From: Octopus sinensis | Lineage: Eukaryota | Direction: 5' to 3' | Assembly: GCF_006345805.1 (NCBI RefSeq) | Contig: NW_021833051.1 | Span: 1 to 64,000, forward strand | Length of the DNA stretch: 64,000 nucleotides | In this document: in pieces, positions 14,250-27,530 of the stretch | Layout: each line of letters begins with the position of its first letter | Position numbering within the stretch: position 1 is the stretch's first letter | Made by a program: the position numbers and the translations under genes | The notes under the pieces: model-generated | What the model saw: the letters and a program-made list of their open reading frames with translations, nothing else | What the model was told of the DNA's origin: nothing | Database searches by the model: none

Positions 14250-14253
<4 letters not shown>
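14024..14253 (+). mobile_element. SINE type B with tail 1 (Tx1-like), full length
   Basis: GGCGGCGAGCTGGCAGA head, GAGTTCAAATTCC B box, tail ...TTAGCCCCTTGTGGGTAGTAAAGAAAT; sits between (ACAT)n and (AT)n. Confidence 0.9.
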
Positions 14254-14297
<44 letters not shown>

Positions 14298-14366
14298 ACA
14301 GAATTTTTTGCGCAATAAGATAAAAAACCAAGGCTGTATAGATATTAGACCATTTATAGATAGACG

Positions 14367-14418
14367 GTCTTACAGCTGTTTCTAGGATATTTATTAATAA
14401 TATCCCTTCATCGGAGAC
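14367..14418 (-). ncRNA. Minimal type I hammerhead ribozyme motif, U4C core variant
   Basis: GTCT-CCGATGA-A-GGGATATT(ATTAATA)AATATCCT-A-GAAAC-AGCT-GTA-AGAC: 4-bp stem I, stem II, palindromic stem III (ACAGCTGT). Confidence 0.7.
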
Positions 14419-14855
14419 GGTGTGATAGGATAGTTAAGTCATAGTTAGTTTCGATGTGATACAAATAGAGAGTGAGGTGGAGGAAAGAAAATAAATGCAA
14501 GATATGTATGGGTATTGAAGTTGTAAATTCGTTTTTTAGGCATAATGGTATATATGCAATATTCCAATATCCTATGAGTAAAGTCCAAAAGTCCAACAGG
14601 GTTTAAAATGTGTCCTTCCAAATATAGAGTTTATAAGCAATGTAAGATTCCCTTATGAGTGAGATCCAGCAGATTTTTAAACTTGGTCATTCCCAGTAGA
14701 GAATTTATATACAGTGTTGCAGAGTCAAAGGTTTTGTATTTAAAGTGACCTAAAAATAGGGAGTGTATTAGCAAAGTCAAATCGAAAACAGGAAGAGAGG
14801 AATGAAGAAAGAGAAAAAAAAAGAAAAAAGGAAGAGAAAGGAGAGAGAAGATTAG

Positions 14856-14903
<48 letters not shown>

Positions 14904-15213
14904 TATATATATAGCTGATGAAGCAGTAAAAACAGAGCAACTTTTATACATAATGAATGGAGATGCTAGCAGCAAGTGAATAATGCAGTAAAAGATCAAG
15001 AATATAGAGTATCGGATGCGGGTAAGTCAAAATAATATTGCATAGTTATATGGATTAACAAACTGGAACAGACATGAGAAGGAAATGTGAACTGGATGCA
15101 GCAGTTATGGATAGCAAAACGAGATGATATGTCATATATCTTTTATCTTTTACTTGTTACAGTCATTCGACTGCGTCCGTGTGTGTGTGTGTGTGTGTGG
15201 TGTGTGTGTGTGT

Positions 15214-15253
<40 letters not shown>

Positions 15254-15366
15254 CGTGTGCGTGTGTGCGTGTGTGTGTGTGTGTGCGTGTATGTGTGTGC
15301 GTGCGTGTGTGTGCTCGCTTGTGTGTCTGTAATATATATGCTTATATATGTACACGCACATGTATA

Positions 15367-15416
<50 letters not shown>

Positions 15417-15760
15417 TAGATGCATATAATGATAATAATAATGGTGATATACATTTTAGGGGTTAGTTATAGTTTTACTTATAGAATTATTATTTTACCG
15501 ATACTGTTTTTGTATATAGGGTAAATGTGTTTTCTTTGTTGTAGTTTAATTAATAATGTTCGTGTTTAATCCTTCCTAGAATTAAGATTGAATAAATGTG
15601 GTGATACCAGAAGTATGTTTGTTCTCCAACAACACTTATTTTCAATGGTACTGCCCTGGTGTCGAAACCATAGTGATATCCGCAGGGCAGCTGATGGAGG
15701 TACGTTGGATTGTTAGTATGGATGTTATTGTATGTGCGGAATAGTTTTATAACACATCCA

Positions 15761-15829
<69 letters not shown>

Positions 15830-16149
15830 CACACATAGAGCAGTGCCTATGTGTACAGTTAGATGTGCGATTACGATTGGTGAATTTACAGCTCCACGCA
15901 AAGTATCGCTATCCAGTCTACACCCATTAAAGTGACGTGGTTACTATTGTACTTTGTAGTAATACCTGCGACGATATACAGAGCAAATAAGGAAAAGATA
16001 TGATAAACATTACATGCAGTTTATAGCATTTGTTCTCTACACACGTTTCGCCATTGGGGCCCTTTGCCTCCCTTGCAGTGAGTGTGCTTAATGCATTTGG
16101 ATGCAGATTTAAAATAGTTGATTCGAGGGGACGTTATATTACAATATGT

Positions 16150-16790
16150 TAAGAGAGAACAAATGCATTTTTTCTGTGTTCATTAAATTTAAGATTAAGC
16201 ATTGACTCTAATCTTAGAATAGTAATTTTTTAGACATTAGATTTGAATACAGGAGAGAACTACTACTATAGAACGCCGGATGACGAGTTAGCTTATGTAA
16301 GTAAAACCTTTAAGCATCCAGCTGAAGTATTAAATGTTAACAATGCAAGTCGAGAAAGACCCAATCTGTTTTCCAAAAGGAAATATTTAATCAAGTTACC
16401 CTACTATAGCATTAATAAGAGACAACTAGAGGCAAAAACTGGAACATATGTGTAATTTTTCAACAAAAACGGTAGGAATATGAAAAGAAGCATTATCTGG
16501 TATAATCCACTTGAAACATAAATGCAGGATCTAATATAAGTAATGCTCTGTTCTTGATAAGCAAGCCTTTTCCTATTACGTAGAATGATTTAAGTTTCTA
16601 TTAAGAACAATGTTGAGTTGTAGCAGCAACTTCAATAATTAGCTCATCTTAAATATCAAATCACAACTAAGGTTATACAAACAGAAATACTCTAACTTCA
16701 TCCCATCCGCCAGAATGCAATTTCAGAAACATTACGTCCTGTCAACTTAACTGCAGGGGCTTCTCAAAGGCATTTATATAGAGAGTAAAA
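16150..16790 (+). mobile_element. Degenerate Penelope-like RT C-terminal region
   Basis: YYYRTPDDELAYVSKTFKHP and KRSIIWYNP motifs; many stops and frameshifts. Confidence 0.7.
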
Positions 16791-16948
16791 ATCTCAACTG
16801 CATTGAATACCGAGAGAAGTTATATAGGATTAACTAGACATACATTTAAAGCCAGGTGCACACAACAAAACCGTCTACACAATTACAGACAGAATCAACT
16901 CTATCTTTGTATTCCAGTAATCTAGACACTAAAGAAGAGTATAATAAT

Positions 16949-17162
16949 CCTTTCTACTACAGGAAAAAGGTCTGCATTCTTATGGGGAGGGGGACAGTCG
17001 ATTGCATCGACCCCAGTAATCAGCTGGTACTTAATTTATCGACTCCGAAACGATGAAAGGCTAAGTCGACCTCAGCGGAAATTGAACTCAGAGCGTAGTG
17101 ACGAGTGAAATATCGTTAAACATTTCGCCCGGCGTGCTAACGGTTCTGCAAGCTCGCCACCT
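16949..17162 (-). mobile_element. SINE type B with 19-bp target-site duplication
   Basis: TAAAGAAGAGTATAATAAT at 16930-16948 and 17163-17181. Confidence 0.85.
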
Positions 17163-17229
17163 TAAAGAAGAGTATAATAATATAATAATAATAATATAAT
17201 AATAATAATAACAATAATAATAATAATAA

Positions 17230-17545
17230 TACCTGTTGTCATAGGTGCACTGGGAATGATAGCAAAAGGGGCTGATTGCTACCTAGCTCAGATACCAGGA
17301 AACGCCAAAATGGCAGAAATTCAAAAGATAGTGCTCATGGGAACTGCCCATATCCTACGCAAAATACTTTCTATGTAATCTCAAGTTTTAAAACAAGCAT
17401 AATTTTCTTATTGTTTCTTAAAATTTTTCTAGAACAACACTATGTACAAAACCAACATGAACTTCCAACTTGTTGCCTCTTGAGGTCTCTGGGTGAGACT
17501 TAAAGCCAAATTGTACAAATGCAAAGCAAAAGTCAAACATAAAAT

Positions 17546-17547
<2 letters not shown>
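17230..17547 (+). mobile_element. Dong/R4-clade LINE 3' fragment flanked by (TAA)n
   Basis: IPVVIGALGMIAKG...IQKIVLMGTAHILRKILSM* (stop 17376-17378); (TAA)n on both sides. Confidence 0.85.
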
Positions 17548-17610
<63 letters not shown>

Positions 17611-17612
<2 letters not shown>

Positions 17613-18165
17613 CCCTGATGCAGTACCAGGCAGTGGCTCTCATGGCTTATGATCTTAACTGATTGGAAGTGTTATCATGTACATTGTTTTGTCTTGGTAT
17701 AAAAGATGGGCTACAGCAAATATTCTGCTCAATACCACAGATTTGCTTGTCAGTTGTTTGACCTTAACCAGTTGAGCATGTCCCTTAGTGGCTGACGATA
17801 TGTGCATCTCTGATCACGAGCAGAAGTAGTGGGGGAGCATCATAGCCATGTGTTGAGAGGGATTCTTTGGGGTTTGAATAATTCACCTCTGGAAACATGG
17901 GTGGTTTTTTCAACATCCTTAAACAACCCTTATTCAGGGACCGTTTGAGCAGGATGGGCTACTCAACCTGAAGGAAATTCTAACAGGGCCCCACCTGCAA
18001 GATCATGTGCTGTTTATCTTGATATGAGATCACCATGTCGCGCACATATGGTTGTGATGCATGTGCCTGGTGTACCCTTATCAGACGGGTAGTCATGATG
18101 GGTATATTGGGCTTCGTATATTTTACCCCAGTGTCACTTTGATGGCATGAACTGCTCTCTCACTC
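17611..18165 (-). mobile_element. Unclassified 555-bp retroposon-like element X, copy 1
   Basis: Colinear with 18196-18750 and 57530-57842; flanked by (AAT)n. Confidence 0.8.
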
Positions 18166-18195
<30 letters not shown>

Positions 18196-18196
<1 letters not shown>

Positions 18197-18750
18197 GCTC
18201 TTATTGCAGTACCAGGCAGTGGCTCTCGTGGCTTCTGATCTTAACTGATTGGAAGTGTTATCATGAACATTGTTGTGTCTTGGTATAAAAGATGGACTAC
18301 AGCAAATATTCTGCTTAATACCACTGGTTTGCTTGTCAGTTTTTTTACCTTAACCAGTTGAGTATTCCTTTAGTGGCTGACGATATGTGCATTTCTGATC
18401 ACGAGCAGAAGTAGTGGGGGAGCATCATAGCCATGTGTTGAGAGGGATTCTTTGGGGTTTGAATAATTCACATCTGGAAACATGGGTGTTTCGTTCAACA
18501 TCCTTAAACAACCCTTATTCAGGGACCTTTTGAGCGGGTTGGGCTACTCGACCAGAAGAAAATTCTAACTGGGCCCCACCTGCAAGGTCATGTGCTGTTT
18601 ATCTTGATATGAGATCACCATGTCGCGCACATATGGTTGTGATGCATGTGCCTGGTGTACCCTTATCAGACGGGCAGTCATGATGGGTATACTGGGCTTC
18701 GTATATTTTACCCTAGTGTCACTTTGATGGCATGCACTGCACTCTCACTT
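18196..18750 (-). mobile_element. Element X, copy 2 (tandem)
   Basis: Same termini as copy 1, with scattered substitutions. Confidence 0.8.
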
Positions 18751-18760
18751 AATAATAATA

Positions 18761-18826
<66 letters not shown>

Positions 18827-19350
18827 GCAACAACAACGTATCAAGGTAATTGTTACTTCATATTCAAGTGGACCAAGAAATGTAATTAATACCTGACAGA
18901 GAGGCAGAACATCTTGATTCAACGATTCATTATGTATTAACCACGTGTAGTGGTCTTATGAGCAAATTTCTCTTGCAATGTCTCAGTTACAGAGCAAGTA
19001 ACATTCCTCAACATCGACAGCACAGGTCATTAGCTAAAGATACTGCTAACGTAACACAACAGTAATTATTTCATATGTTACGCTGATCCCTTGACCAATA
19101 CCGAAGCATTTCTAGAGAGAAGACCTATCACCTAATAAACCTTGTCATCGAACCCATAATGCCCAGTGACAACTGAACACGAATTTTTGACTTCTATCTG
19201 TCTTTATTCCGTAAATCCTCGATTAAGGTCCTTCGTTAATCTTTTTTGTCCATCTGAAGGATCATATAATAGCAACAAGCTGAATCATCAGCTTGTACAC
19301 ACACCACACACACACACACGCGCGCGCACTCTCTTATACATATACACGTG

Positions 19351-19785
19351 ATTTTTTTTATTTCCCACAAGGGAACAACATAGATAAGGGACAATACAAT
19401 CTGATTGGGGTCAGATGGACGGATGGATATAACATAAAGATGACATTAAAAATTCACAAAAATATAAATAAATCGAATGATAGGACAGACCGGAAGTTAT
19501 TACGGATGGAGTGGGGAGGCGGGTTCAATTCGGACCCCACGAGCTCCGCCTCGCCACTGATACCTGAGATACGTCCTGCGTCGCATTCATGAGGTTACAT
19601 TCACTCGCAACACCCGTGTTACATTCTTCCATCGAATTTCAAACATTTTCACAGGCAGGCATTTTCTTTCCAGCTCTAACTTCCTTTTAAGGTGAAAGGT
19701 GAAATAATTCACCAAATTACGGCCGTAGATGAAAGTGCCTGACTTTAATCCTTTCTGTCTCGTCTTCCAAATCACCTATCTCGCA
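19351..19785 (-). mobile_element. Tx1-like (L1 clade) LINE 3' fragment
   Basis: IWKTRQKGLKSGTFIYGRNLVNYFTFHLKRKLELERK aligns with the ORF2 ends at 45385 and 63300; 3' end CCCTTGTGGGAAATAAA. Confidence 0.75.
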
Positions 19786-21639
19786 ATTGCTACTACAATG
19801 AGAATACAATTCTTACCTTCTTTCGAAAGTATAATGCATATACATATAATGTGTGTTGTATAAGTATGCAATTATACATATATACCTGCATAATGTGGTT
19901 GTTGTTCTTCTTTTTCTTCTTCTTCGTCTCTCCCTCCTCCTCCTTTTTTTCTTCGTCTCCTCCTCCTCTTCCTTCTTCTCCCCCTCCTCCTCAGCCTGCA
20001 CTCGCAGCCTGTCGCTCGCATTGTGTCACACCGATTCAATCTGAGGATTTCGTTAAAAATTCACGTGTCTGTGGAATACTCAGATGCTTGCACGCTAATT
20101 TCCCGAACTGGAATTCAGTTGGTCGAACAACTCAGTGGTCATCGTCGAGACCGACGAAGATTCCACCATTATATATGCATAACATCCTTCAGACAAACCA
20201 CATACGTCAAGCACAACAAAGCATTCTCTACATGACAGATAAACTACATTACACTGTAGCCTCCATTTTGAGCGTACGCTCTATATACACATACGAAGGC
20301 TACTAGTAATACCATTATATTTGAGAATGTGGGTCTATTTAGTTTCTTACATTAATATTCAGTTTATTAGTTGTTTTTTCCTCTTTCAAAATATTTCCCC
20401 ACAATCTCCTGTACTTCTTCCTTACTGCTTCACTTGTTAATTTTAAACTTGTATATATTTAACTTTCTTTATATCGTCCATATACTTCCTTTCGCTTCAG
20501 TTATTTGATTCCTTTTTTTAAAAACTACTTTAACTTTTCACTCTTGCTTGCTATTGCTGGATAAGTTATTTTTATTTATTATTATTTCGTACGTTGTTTT
20601 CTTATCTTTTGTATAAAGCTGCTTTTGTCCTTAGATAACATTTCAGTTATTTTTATTTTTGCTGTTTTGCATATTATTTCCAAACTTTTCTACTTCACTT
20701 AATGTCTTTTCGTATATGTTCTTAGCAAGGTTTTACTTGTTTTGTCGTATTTCTGTTTCATTGGTTTCAATGTTAGCTTTCTCGGAATATTACACGAGCT
20801 GTTGTTTATAGCAGTCGATATCAGTTTTGTTGTCTTGCAATTAATCTTAGTCTATTGAAATTTTAGCTTGTTTAATTAATGTTCTAATTTTTATGTTGAA
20901 TTGTATTATGTCTGTCTTAGTTATATCTGTGAAAAACTTGATTCATCAAGCCGTATTTTCATTTATATTAAAATATCTAGGGAATTATAATCACATAATT
21001 CTTATTATGCTTTCCTAGTCATTTATTATTGCTGATAGAGCTGGTATTGTTTATTCAATAACCATTGTCAATGAGCTGATGCAGTCAATAGTAGAATACG
21101 ATATATTGTAATATAGTCTATTGTAAAGTATAAGTTGTGGTTTATAGTCAGGTATGATACGTCGTAAAGTAGTCTGTGCTAAGTTATATTCTGTAATATA
21201 GTAAGGTGAAATGTGTTGTCTGAAACAAGATATGGCATGTCGTAAGGTAATATGTAGTCAAGTGTGATATGTCGTAATGTTGTTTCTAGTCAGGGGTGAC
21301 ATGTAATGCTGTCCATGGAAAGATGTAATGTATTGTTTGTGACAAGATGTGTTAATTTGTGTTAAGTAGTGTTGTAATGCAGTATGTGTTAAGGTGTAAC
21401 GTGTTGTAATCCGAGGCGGCCATATTGAACCGTTACTAAAAGAAGTAAAATTAGTGTTTGCGAAAATATGTGTATATAATAAAAAATATTTATAGACACA
21501 ACCTGTTTTTTTACCCCAAGGTAATGGGGTGACGTTTGAATATTTGGAAGTCCTTTGCTGTTTTAAGAAAAAGAGAAAAGAAAACGCTTTTCTTATGAAG
21601 TAAAAAGTTTTTGAGACACAACCATTCTCAGGAAACTCA

Positions 21640-21885
21640 GCAAAAACAATATCGATAATAATAAAAATAACAACAATAACAACGATAAAAATAATTATGA
21701 AGATAGGAACGGTAACAACAATAACAACAACAAAGATATATTAAAAATAACAGCATCAACATCATCATCATGATTAACAACAACAACAACAACAACAACA
21801 ACAAAAACAACAATGATAGCAATGATGATGATGAGGTTGATGGTGATGATGATGATTATGATAATGAAGATTATGATGAAGACAG

Positions 21886-21929
<44 letters not shown>

Positions 21930-21934
21930 ATGAC

Positions 21935-21977
<43 letters not shown>

Positions 21978-22155
21978 ATGATGATAACGGTGATGACGGT
22001 GATGTTGATGATGATAATCATGATAATGATGATGAAGAGGATTATGATGAGGAGGAGGATTATGATGATAATGGTGATAATGATGATGATGATGATGATC
22101 ATGATGATGATTATGATGGTAATGATGATGATGATAATGAAGGTTATGATGACGG

Positions 22156-22196
<41 letters not shown>

Positions 22197-22345
22197 GTTA
22201 TTATGATGGCGGTGATGATGATAATGATAATGAAGATTATGATGATGACTGTGATGATGATGAAGACGTTAATAAAGATAATGATGATGGCGGTAATGAT
22301 GATGATGATGATGATGACGACGATGATAGTAATAATAATATTAAT
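21640..22345. repeat. Degenerate (AAT)/(AAC)/(GAT)n trinucleotide array
   Basis: Direct reading. Confidence 0.95.
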
Positions 22346-22997
22346 AATATAGATGGCTGTTATTGTTATGGAAGTGGAAATAACATGTTTGAGGTGACAT
22401 GACAGGCAACAGAAATGCTTTTAGACAAAGACACCAATTAGTACGAGTATCAGCACGCACACTTGATTTGGAATTTTTCAGTTCGAGATAGAATTACAAT
22501 GCTGCTACTTTTCAAAGCCTGCATTGAAACATTTCTGTTCAAGTGATCTGCACTTGGAGTTAATTTTCCCCCATAAAAAATCCTAACAAGAACAAACACT
22601 AACAACACAATGGACGGCTAATTGCAAGAGCACATATTTCCATTGCTGATATACATTTACGTTCAAATGATTATTTGGATATGCATTTAAAAATCAGATG
22701 TATCATTAGTCATTTTTGTTTTTTGAATGACAGAAACTACACTATTGTTTCAGAGGAGCGTTACGAAATACATAGATTACTCATAATACACCATAAAACA
22801 TGTCTATTGATTTGGTAGGCAACACCGTGTTACGTCGAATGCAAATTTTCCGTCACTATGACATGTTTATGAATAGAAAAATAAAAAAAAAACAAAACAA
22901 GAGAACAACTCAATGCTCATTTTGGTTCTTGTTGGACTCGTCATCTGCAACGATTAATGTGTATCTTCCTTAGCTATTCACGATCACACTGTTAATA

Positions 22998-23580
22998 AAT
23001 TCATTCATCCATCTTTGTCTACGATTTCTGAAAGGGTCGTGGTCGTAGAATCCTCAGGCAACTCCTTCACAGCGTTCTATCAGAAGCAATTCCGGATAGA
23101 TTCACGAGCGTGATCCAATGATACCATCTCATTCTCGGTCTAATCCTAGGTCTCCTGTCGGTTGGCTCAACTTGAAGAATCCGTTCTGCGATTCTTTCCT
23201 CCGAGAATTCTAATCAAATGACTGCAGTACTGGAGTTGTCACCCCTGAGAGACACCATGATCTTCGAGCTACGCACCCTGTCGAGTAACGTCTATCCAGA
23301 GCTCCTTTGGCCGTTTGTATTCGCGATCGTACTCCTCCGTCTGTTACCCAACATTCATGACTCCAGGTGAGGACAGGTACGGAAACCGAATTAAAGGTAG
23401 CAAGTCTAACTTTTTACCAGCCTTTCCTCCTCTGAGGATCGAACACTGGAGCAGAATCACTACTGTGTCAGTACCGGCTCTTCTGCATCCAGTTCCGGCT
23501 CCTGCTTCCTATCATATGCGAACATGGCCCCGAGATACAAACTTCTCCATTTCTCTCAATAATATTCAGCACGACTAATA
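22998..23580 (-). mobile_element. RTE-clade (Expander/Rex3-like) LINE 3' fragment
   Basis: KVRLATFNSVSVPVLTWSHECWV...VRSRIQTA, LLDRVRSS and RRPRIRPRMRW motifs; tail GATGGATGAATGAAT. Confidence 0.85.
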
Positions 23581-24470
23581 AATCCACCAATATCATTAGG
23601 TTTATAATCAGTGTGTTGGTGGATAGTAAAGGAAATCACACAGTTTCTGATGGCAAATGTAACGAGAATCTGCATATTTCTGTCCACACGTATATTTCTG
23701 CTGACGTAAACCTATCATTCGTCATAAAATAGCATGGCCTGTGAAATTTCTAGATATGTTGTACCGTACATTATAACAATGACACGAAACACTATTCTCA
23801 CATTAGCACTTCATTAAATTTCCAAAGTCAATGACGATCTAACTGGATGACATATTGGATTATTGAAGTTATTGTCTTTGCCACAGAATGAAGACAAATA
23901 GCGAAAGTGGTTTGGCCAGTGTTATGTAATATCTTTCATATGGTAGACAACCCTTCACGGAAACAGAAGAATATGATGAAGAAAAGGATGTGGAAAATGG
24001 ATCGACTATCAAACTTGATTCTTCAGTATATCAAATTCGTGGCCTCACATGTCTTCCATTTTTATCTTGGCACTGACAATATTTCATAAATATGTGTCAA
24101 CAGGTTCAGTTTAGTAACTCTACCCTACTAAGATTGAATATGGAAGTCATGAAAAGGCTCACCAACACCATTACTACCGCCGCCTCACCGTCACCTCACC
24201 ACCAGTACCATCACCACCATCACCACTATCGTTTTTATCAACACAACCACCACTATTACCTCTATTACCATCATTATTATCATCTCGCCGTCGTCATCAC
24301 GTCCCTCCTCCACTTCTTCTCGTCCTCCTCTTCTTTTTCTTTTCTCTCTTCCTCTCCTCGTCATTATCATCATCGCTGTCATGATGATAATGATGATGAT
24401 GATGATGATGATGATCATGATGATTATTATAGTGATGTTGATGCTAGCGGTGCTGGTGGTGCTGGGGATG

Positions 24471-24501
<31 letters not shown>

Positions 24502-25104
24502 GGATAATAATAATTATAGTGATGTTGATGCTGGCGGTGCTGGTGGTGATGGTGATGATGATGATGATGATCTCTACGTTTAGTTTATGCATCAATGTTA
24601 TTTGTTGGGAATCGTGGGAAATCCAGCGAATTAGACAAGTCAAAAAAAGGAAAAGAAAACGAAACGACTCAAGTCAATTCTTTCTTTACAAATCATATTT
24701 TTCGATTCCACACCACACTCCAGATCTTGTTCTAATTAGCCGAGAAAAATAAATGTAACCACAAACGCCTAAATTCTGTGATTTATCCAAGACTTTAATT
24801 TAATTGGTTAATTAGCGATCTTATTCACATGACAAATTCTGTAATGTCATTGTTCATTCTTTCATACATTAATTCCAGTGCCAACCATTTCAGATACACA
24901 TTAGCACACACAAGCACCGCATACATAACAACACACATATTAATAACAGACATGAAAAATAAAATTAAAAAAAAAATGGTATTGAATGTGTTGTTTCCAT
25001 AATTCTAATATTATCAAATCTTATAATCTTGTTTCGAGATAAGTTCAGAAATACGATTATAATTTTTCAGGTTATTAACCTGGTCTTTAGAAATCATATT
25101 CTTT

Positions 25105-25756
25105 CGCTTTATTCGTTTCAATCGTTCGAGTGTGGCCACGCTGGGGCACCGCCTTGAAGCGTTTACTAAACAAATCAACTCTAATGTTTATTATGTATTC
25201 TTTAAAGTTAGCTATTTGTTCTATCGGACTTTTTGCCGTACTGCTAAGTTACGGAGACATGAACATCGGTTGTCAAACGATAGTGGAGAAGGCCGGGGTG
25301 GGGAAGAAGCACAAATACTAAGACACACTCACAAGCATACCTACCTACATACATACATGCATGCATACATATATGCATGCATACATACACACACACACAC
25401 GTACATACATACGTACATACATGGATACATGCATATATACATGCATGCATACATACATGCATGCATGCATGCATGCATACATACATATATACATACATAT
25501 ACACGTGCATACATACACACACGTACATACATACATACATGCATATATACTCACATACATACATACAAGCATACATACATGCTTACATAGATGCATAATA
25601 CATACATACGTACATACATACATGCATGAATGCATGCATACATACATGCAAGCATGCATGCATGCATACATACATACATGTATACATACATGCATACATA
25701 CATACCTATATGCATACATATATACATGCATGCATACATACACTCACTCACACATG

Positions 25757-25790
<34 letters not shown>

Positions 25791-25970
25791 TATATACGTA
25801 CATATATATATGTATATAAGTGTATGTATGTATGTATGTATGTATAGATATTTGCGACAGGTTTCCATTTAGTTTCCGTTTACCAAATTCGCACGGTATT
25901 AGTCGGCCCAGGGCCATACTAGAGCACACTTGCGCAAGAAGCCGCGCAGTGGAACTGAAACCGGAACCAC
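25105..25970 (-). mobile_element. SINE type A with an expanded (CATA/CATG)n middle
   Basis: Tail at about 25110-25170, head-side sequence at 25860-25970. Confidence 0.75.
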
Positions 25971-26614
25971 GTGCTTTTAGAAACCATCTCTGAATCGTTG
26001 CATAGATACTACGGATTCAACTGTGATTGCCACCAAACTGACTTAAGTAACGGTATTATTCGCAAGCTCATTACACACGCACATTTAGTGCTTGTTCTAT
26101 TTTTAGCTTGCTTTATTATATTTTCCACAATAGGCAGCCATATTGAGCTGATGTCAGTGCTAGGCTGGCAGATTTAGCTATTAACATACGTTATATGCAT
26201 TACCTAATTTAAAAAAAAAAAGGTTTTCATCGTGATTCCACCAGGAAATTATTATGGAAATTTCATTTCACAGCAATATATGATTTCCTATCAGGAATCA
26301 CATATATGTATCTGTTCCTGACTTAGATATGTTTTAACTCTCGTTGAGTTTTTGCGACGTTCTTTTTTTTCTATGGCATTTAAGGATTTCTCAGTTGTTT
26401 CAGTCAGAAAACCTTCGGTAAATGCAAAATGTGTTGTTTATAGAGGTATACTGTTCATATGCTAAAACTAGTGTTGGGTAAGTTGAATTTCGGTGTGGTG
26501 TTACCTTTCAACGCCCCTCCCACTCAGTACGATCTCTTTGTTGAATACTTCGTCACTACATCATTGAACTAAAACATGAGACAACACCAAAGTATATATG
26601 ATATGAATTAATAT

Positions 26615-27195
26615 GGCCTTGAAAATTTTTGGGGAAGGGGGCTAGTCGATTACATCGACCCCAGTGCATAACTGTTACTTATTCCATTGACCCCGAAAGG
26701 ATAACAGGCAAAGTCGACCTCGGCGGAATTTAAACTCAGAACGTAACGGCAGACGAAATACCCATTTCTTTACTACCCACAACGGGCTAAACACAGAGAG
26801 GACAAACAAGGACAGACAAACGGATTAAGTCGATTATATCGAAACCAGTGTGTAACTAGTACTTATTTAATCGACCCCGAAAGGATGAAAGGCAAAGTGG
26901 ACCTCGGCGGAATTTGAACTCAGAACGTAGCGGCAGACTAAATACCGCTAAGCATTTCGCCCGGCGTGCTAACGATTCTTTTTTTCTACTCTAGGCACAA
27001 GGCCTGAAATTTTTGGTGGGAGGAGGCCAGTCGATTAGATCGACCCCAGTATGCAACTGGTACTTAATTTATTGACCACGAAAGGATGAAAGGCAAAGTA
27101 GACCTCAGCGGAATTTGAACTCAGAACGTAACGGCAGACGAAATCCCGCTAAGGGTTCGCCCGGCGCACTAACGTTTCTGCCAGCTTGCCATCTT
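26615..27195 (-). mobile_element. Three head-to-tail SINE type B copies (tail 1 and tail 2)
   Basis: Repeated GTCGACCTCGGCGGAATTTGAACTCAGAACG core. Confidence 0.85.
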
Positions 27196-27220
27196 TATGA
27201 TATAATATATATATAATATA

Positions 27221-27530
27221 GGCGCATGGCTCAGGTGTTAGAGCGTCGAGTTCACAATCATGACGTAGTGAGTTCGATTCCCGGAGATGGCTGTGTGTTC
27301 TAGAGCAAAACGCTTTATTTCACGTTGCTCCAGTTCACTCATTTGCAGAAATGAGTTGAGACGTCACTGGTGTCAAACTGTATCAGTCTTTACCTTTCCA
27401 TCGGATGATATCGATGGCATGGAAAGGGAAGGCTGGTATGCATGGGCAGTTGCTGGTCTTCCATAAACAACTTTGCCTGGAATCGTGCTTCGGAGAGGAA
27501 CTTTCTAGGTGAAATCCCATGGTCGGGGTC
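27221..27530 (+). mobile_element. SINE type C
   Basis: GGCGCATGGCTCAG head, GAGTTCGATTCCC B box. Confidence 0.85.

Noticed and set aside
20100-20200. Minus frame MLCIYNGGIFVGLDDDH resembling a glycosyltransferase motif
   Set aside because: Bounded by in-frame stops with no usable splice sites
21770-22402. 210-aa Asp/Asn-rich ORF resembling acidic biomineral proteins
   Set aside because: It lies wholly in a degenerate (GAT)n array, where the GAT frame rarely gains stops; no signal peptide or splice context seen
24360-24575. Duplicated YSDVDA(S/G)GAGG unit
   Set aside because: Local duplication of about 80 bp inside a trinucleotide array; no coding support
27221-27295. tRNA-like sequences at SINE heads (also 5350-5420 and 34124-34195)
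   Set aside because: They run into SINE cores and lack a complete cloverleaf, so they are not tRNA genes
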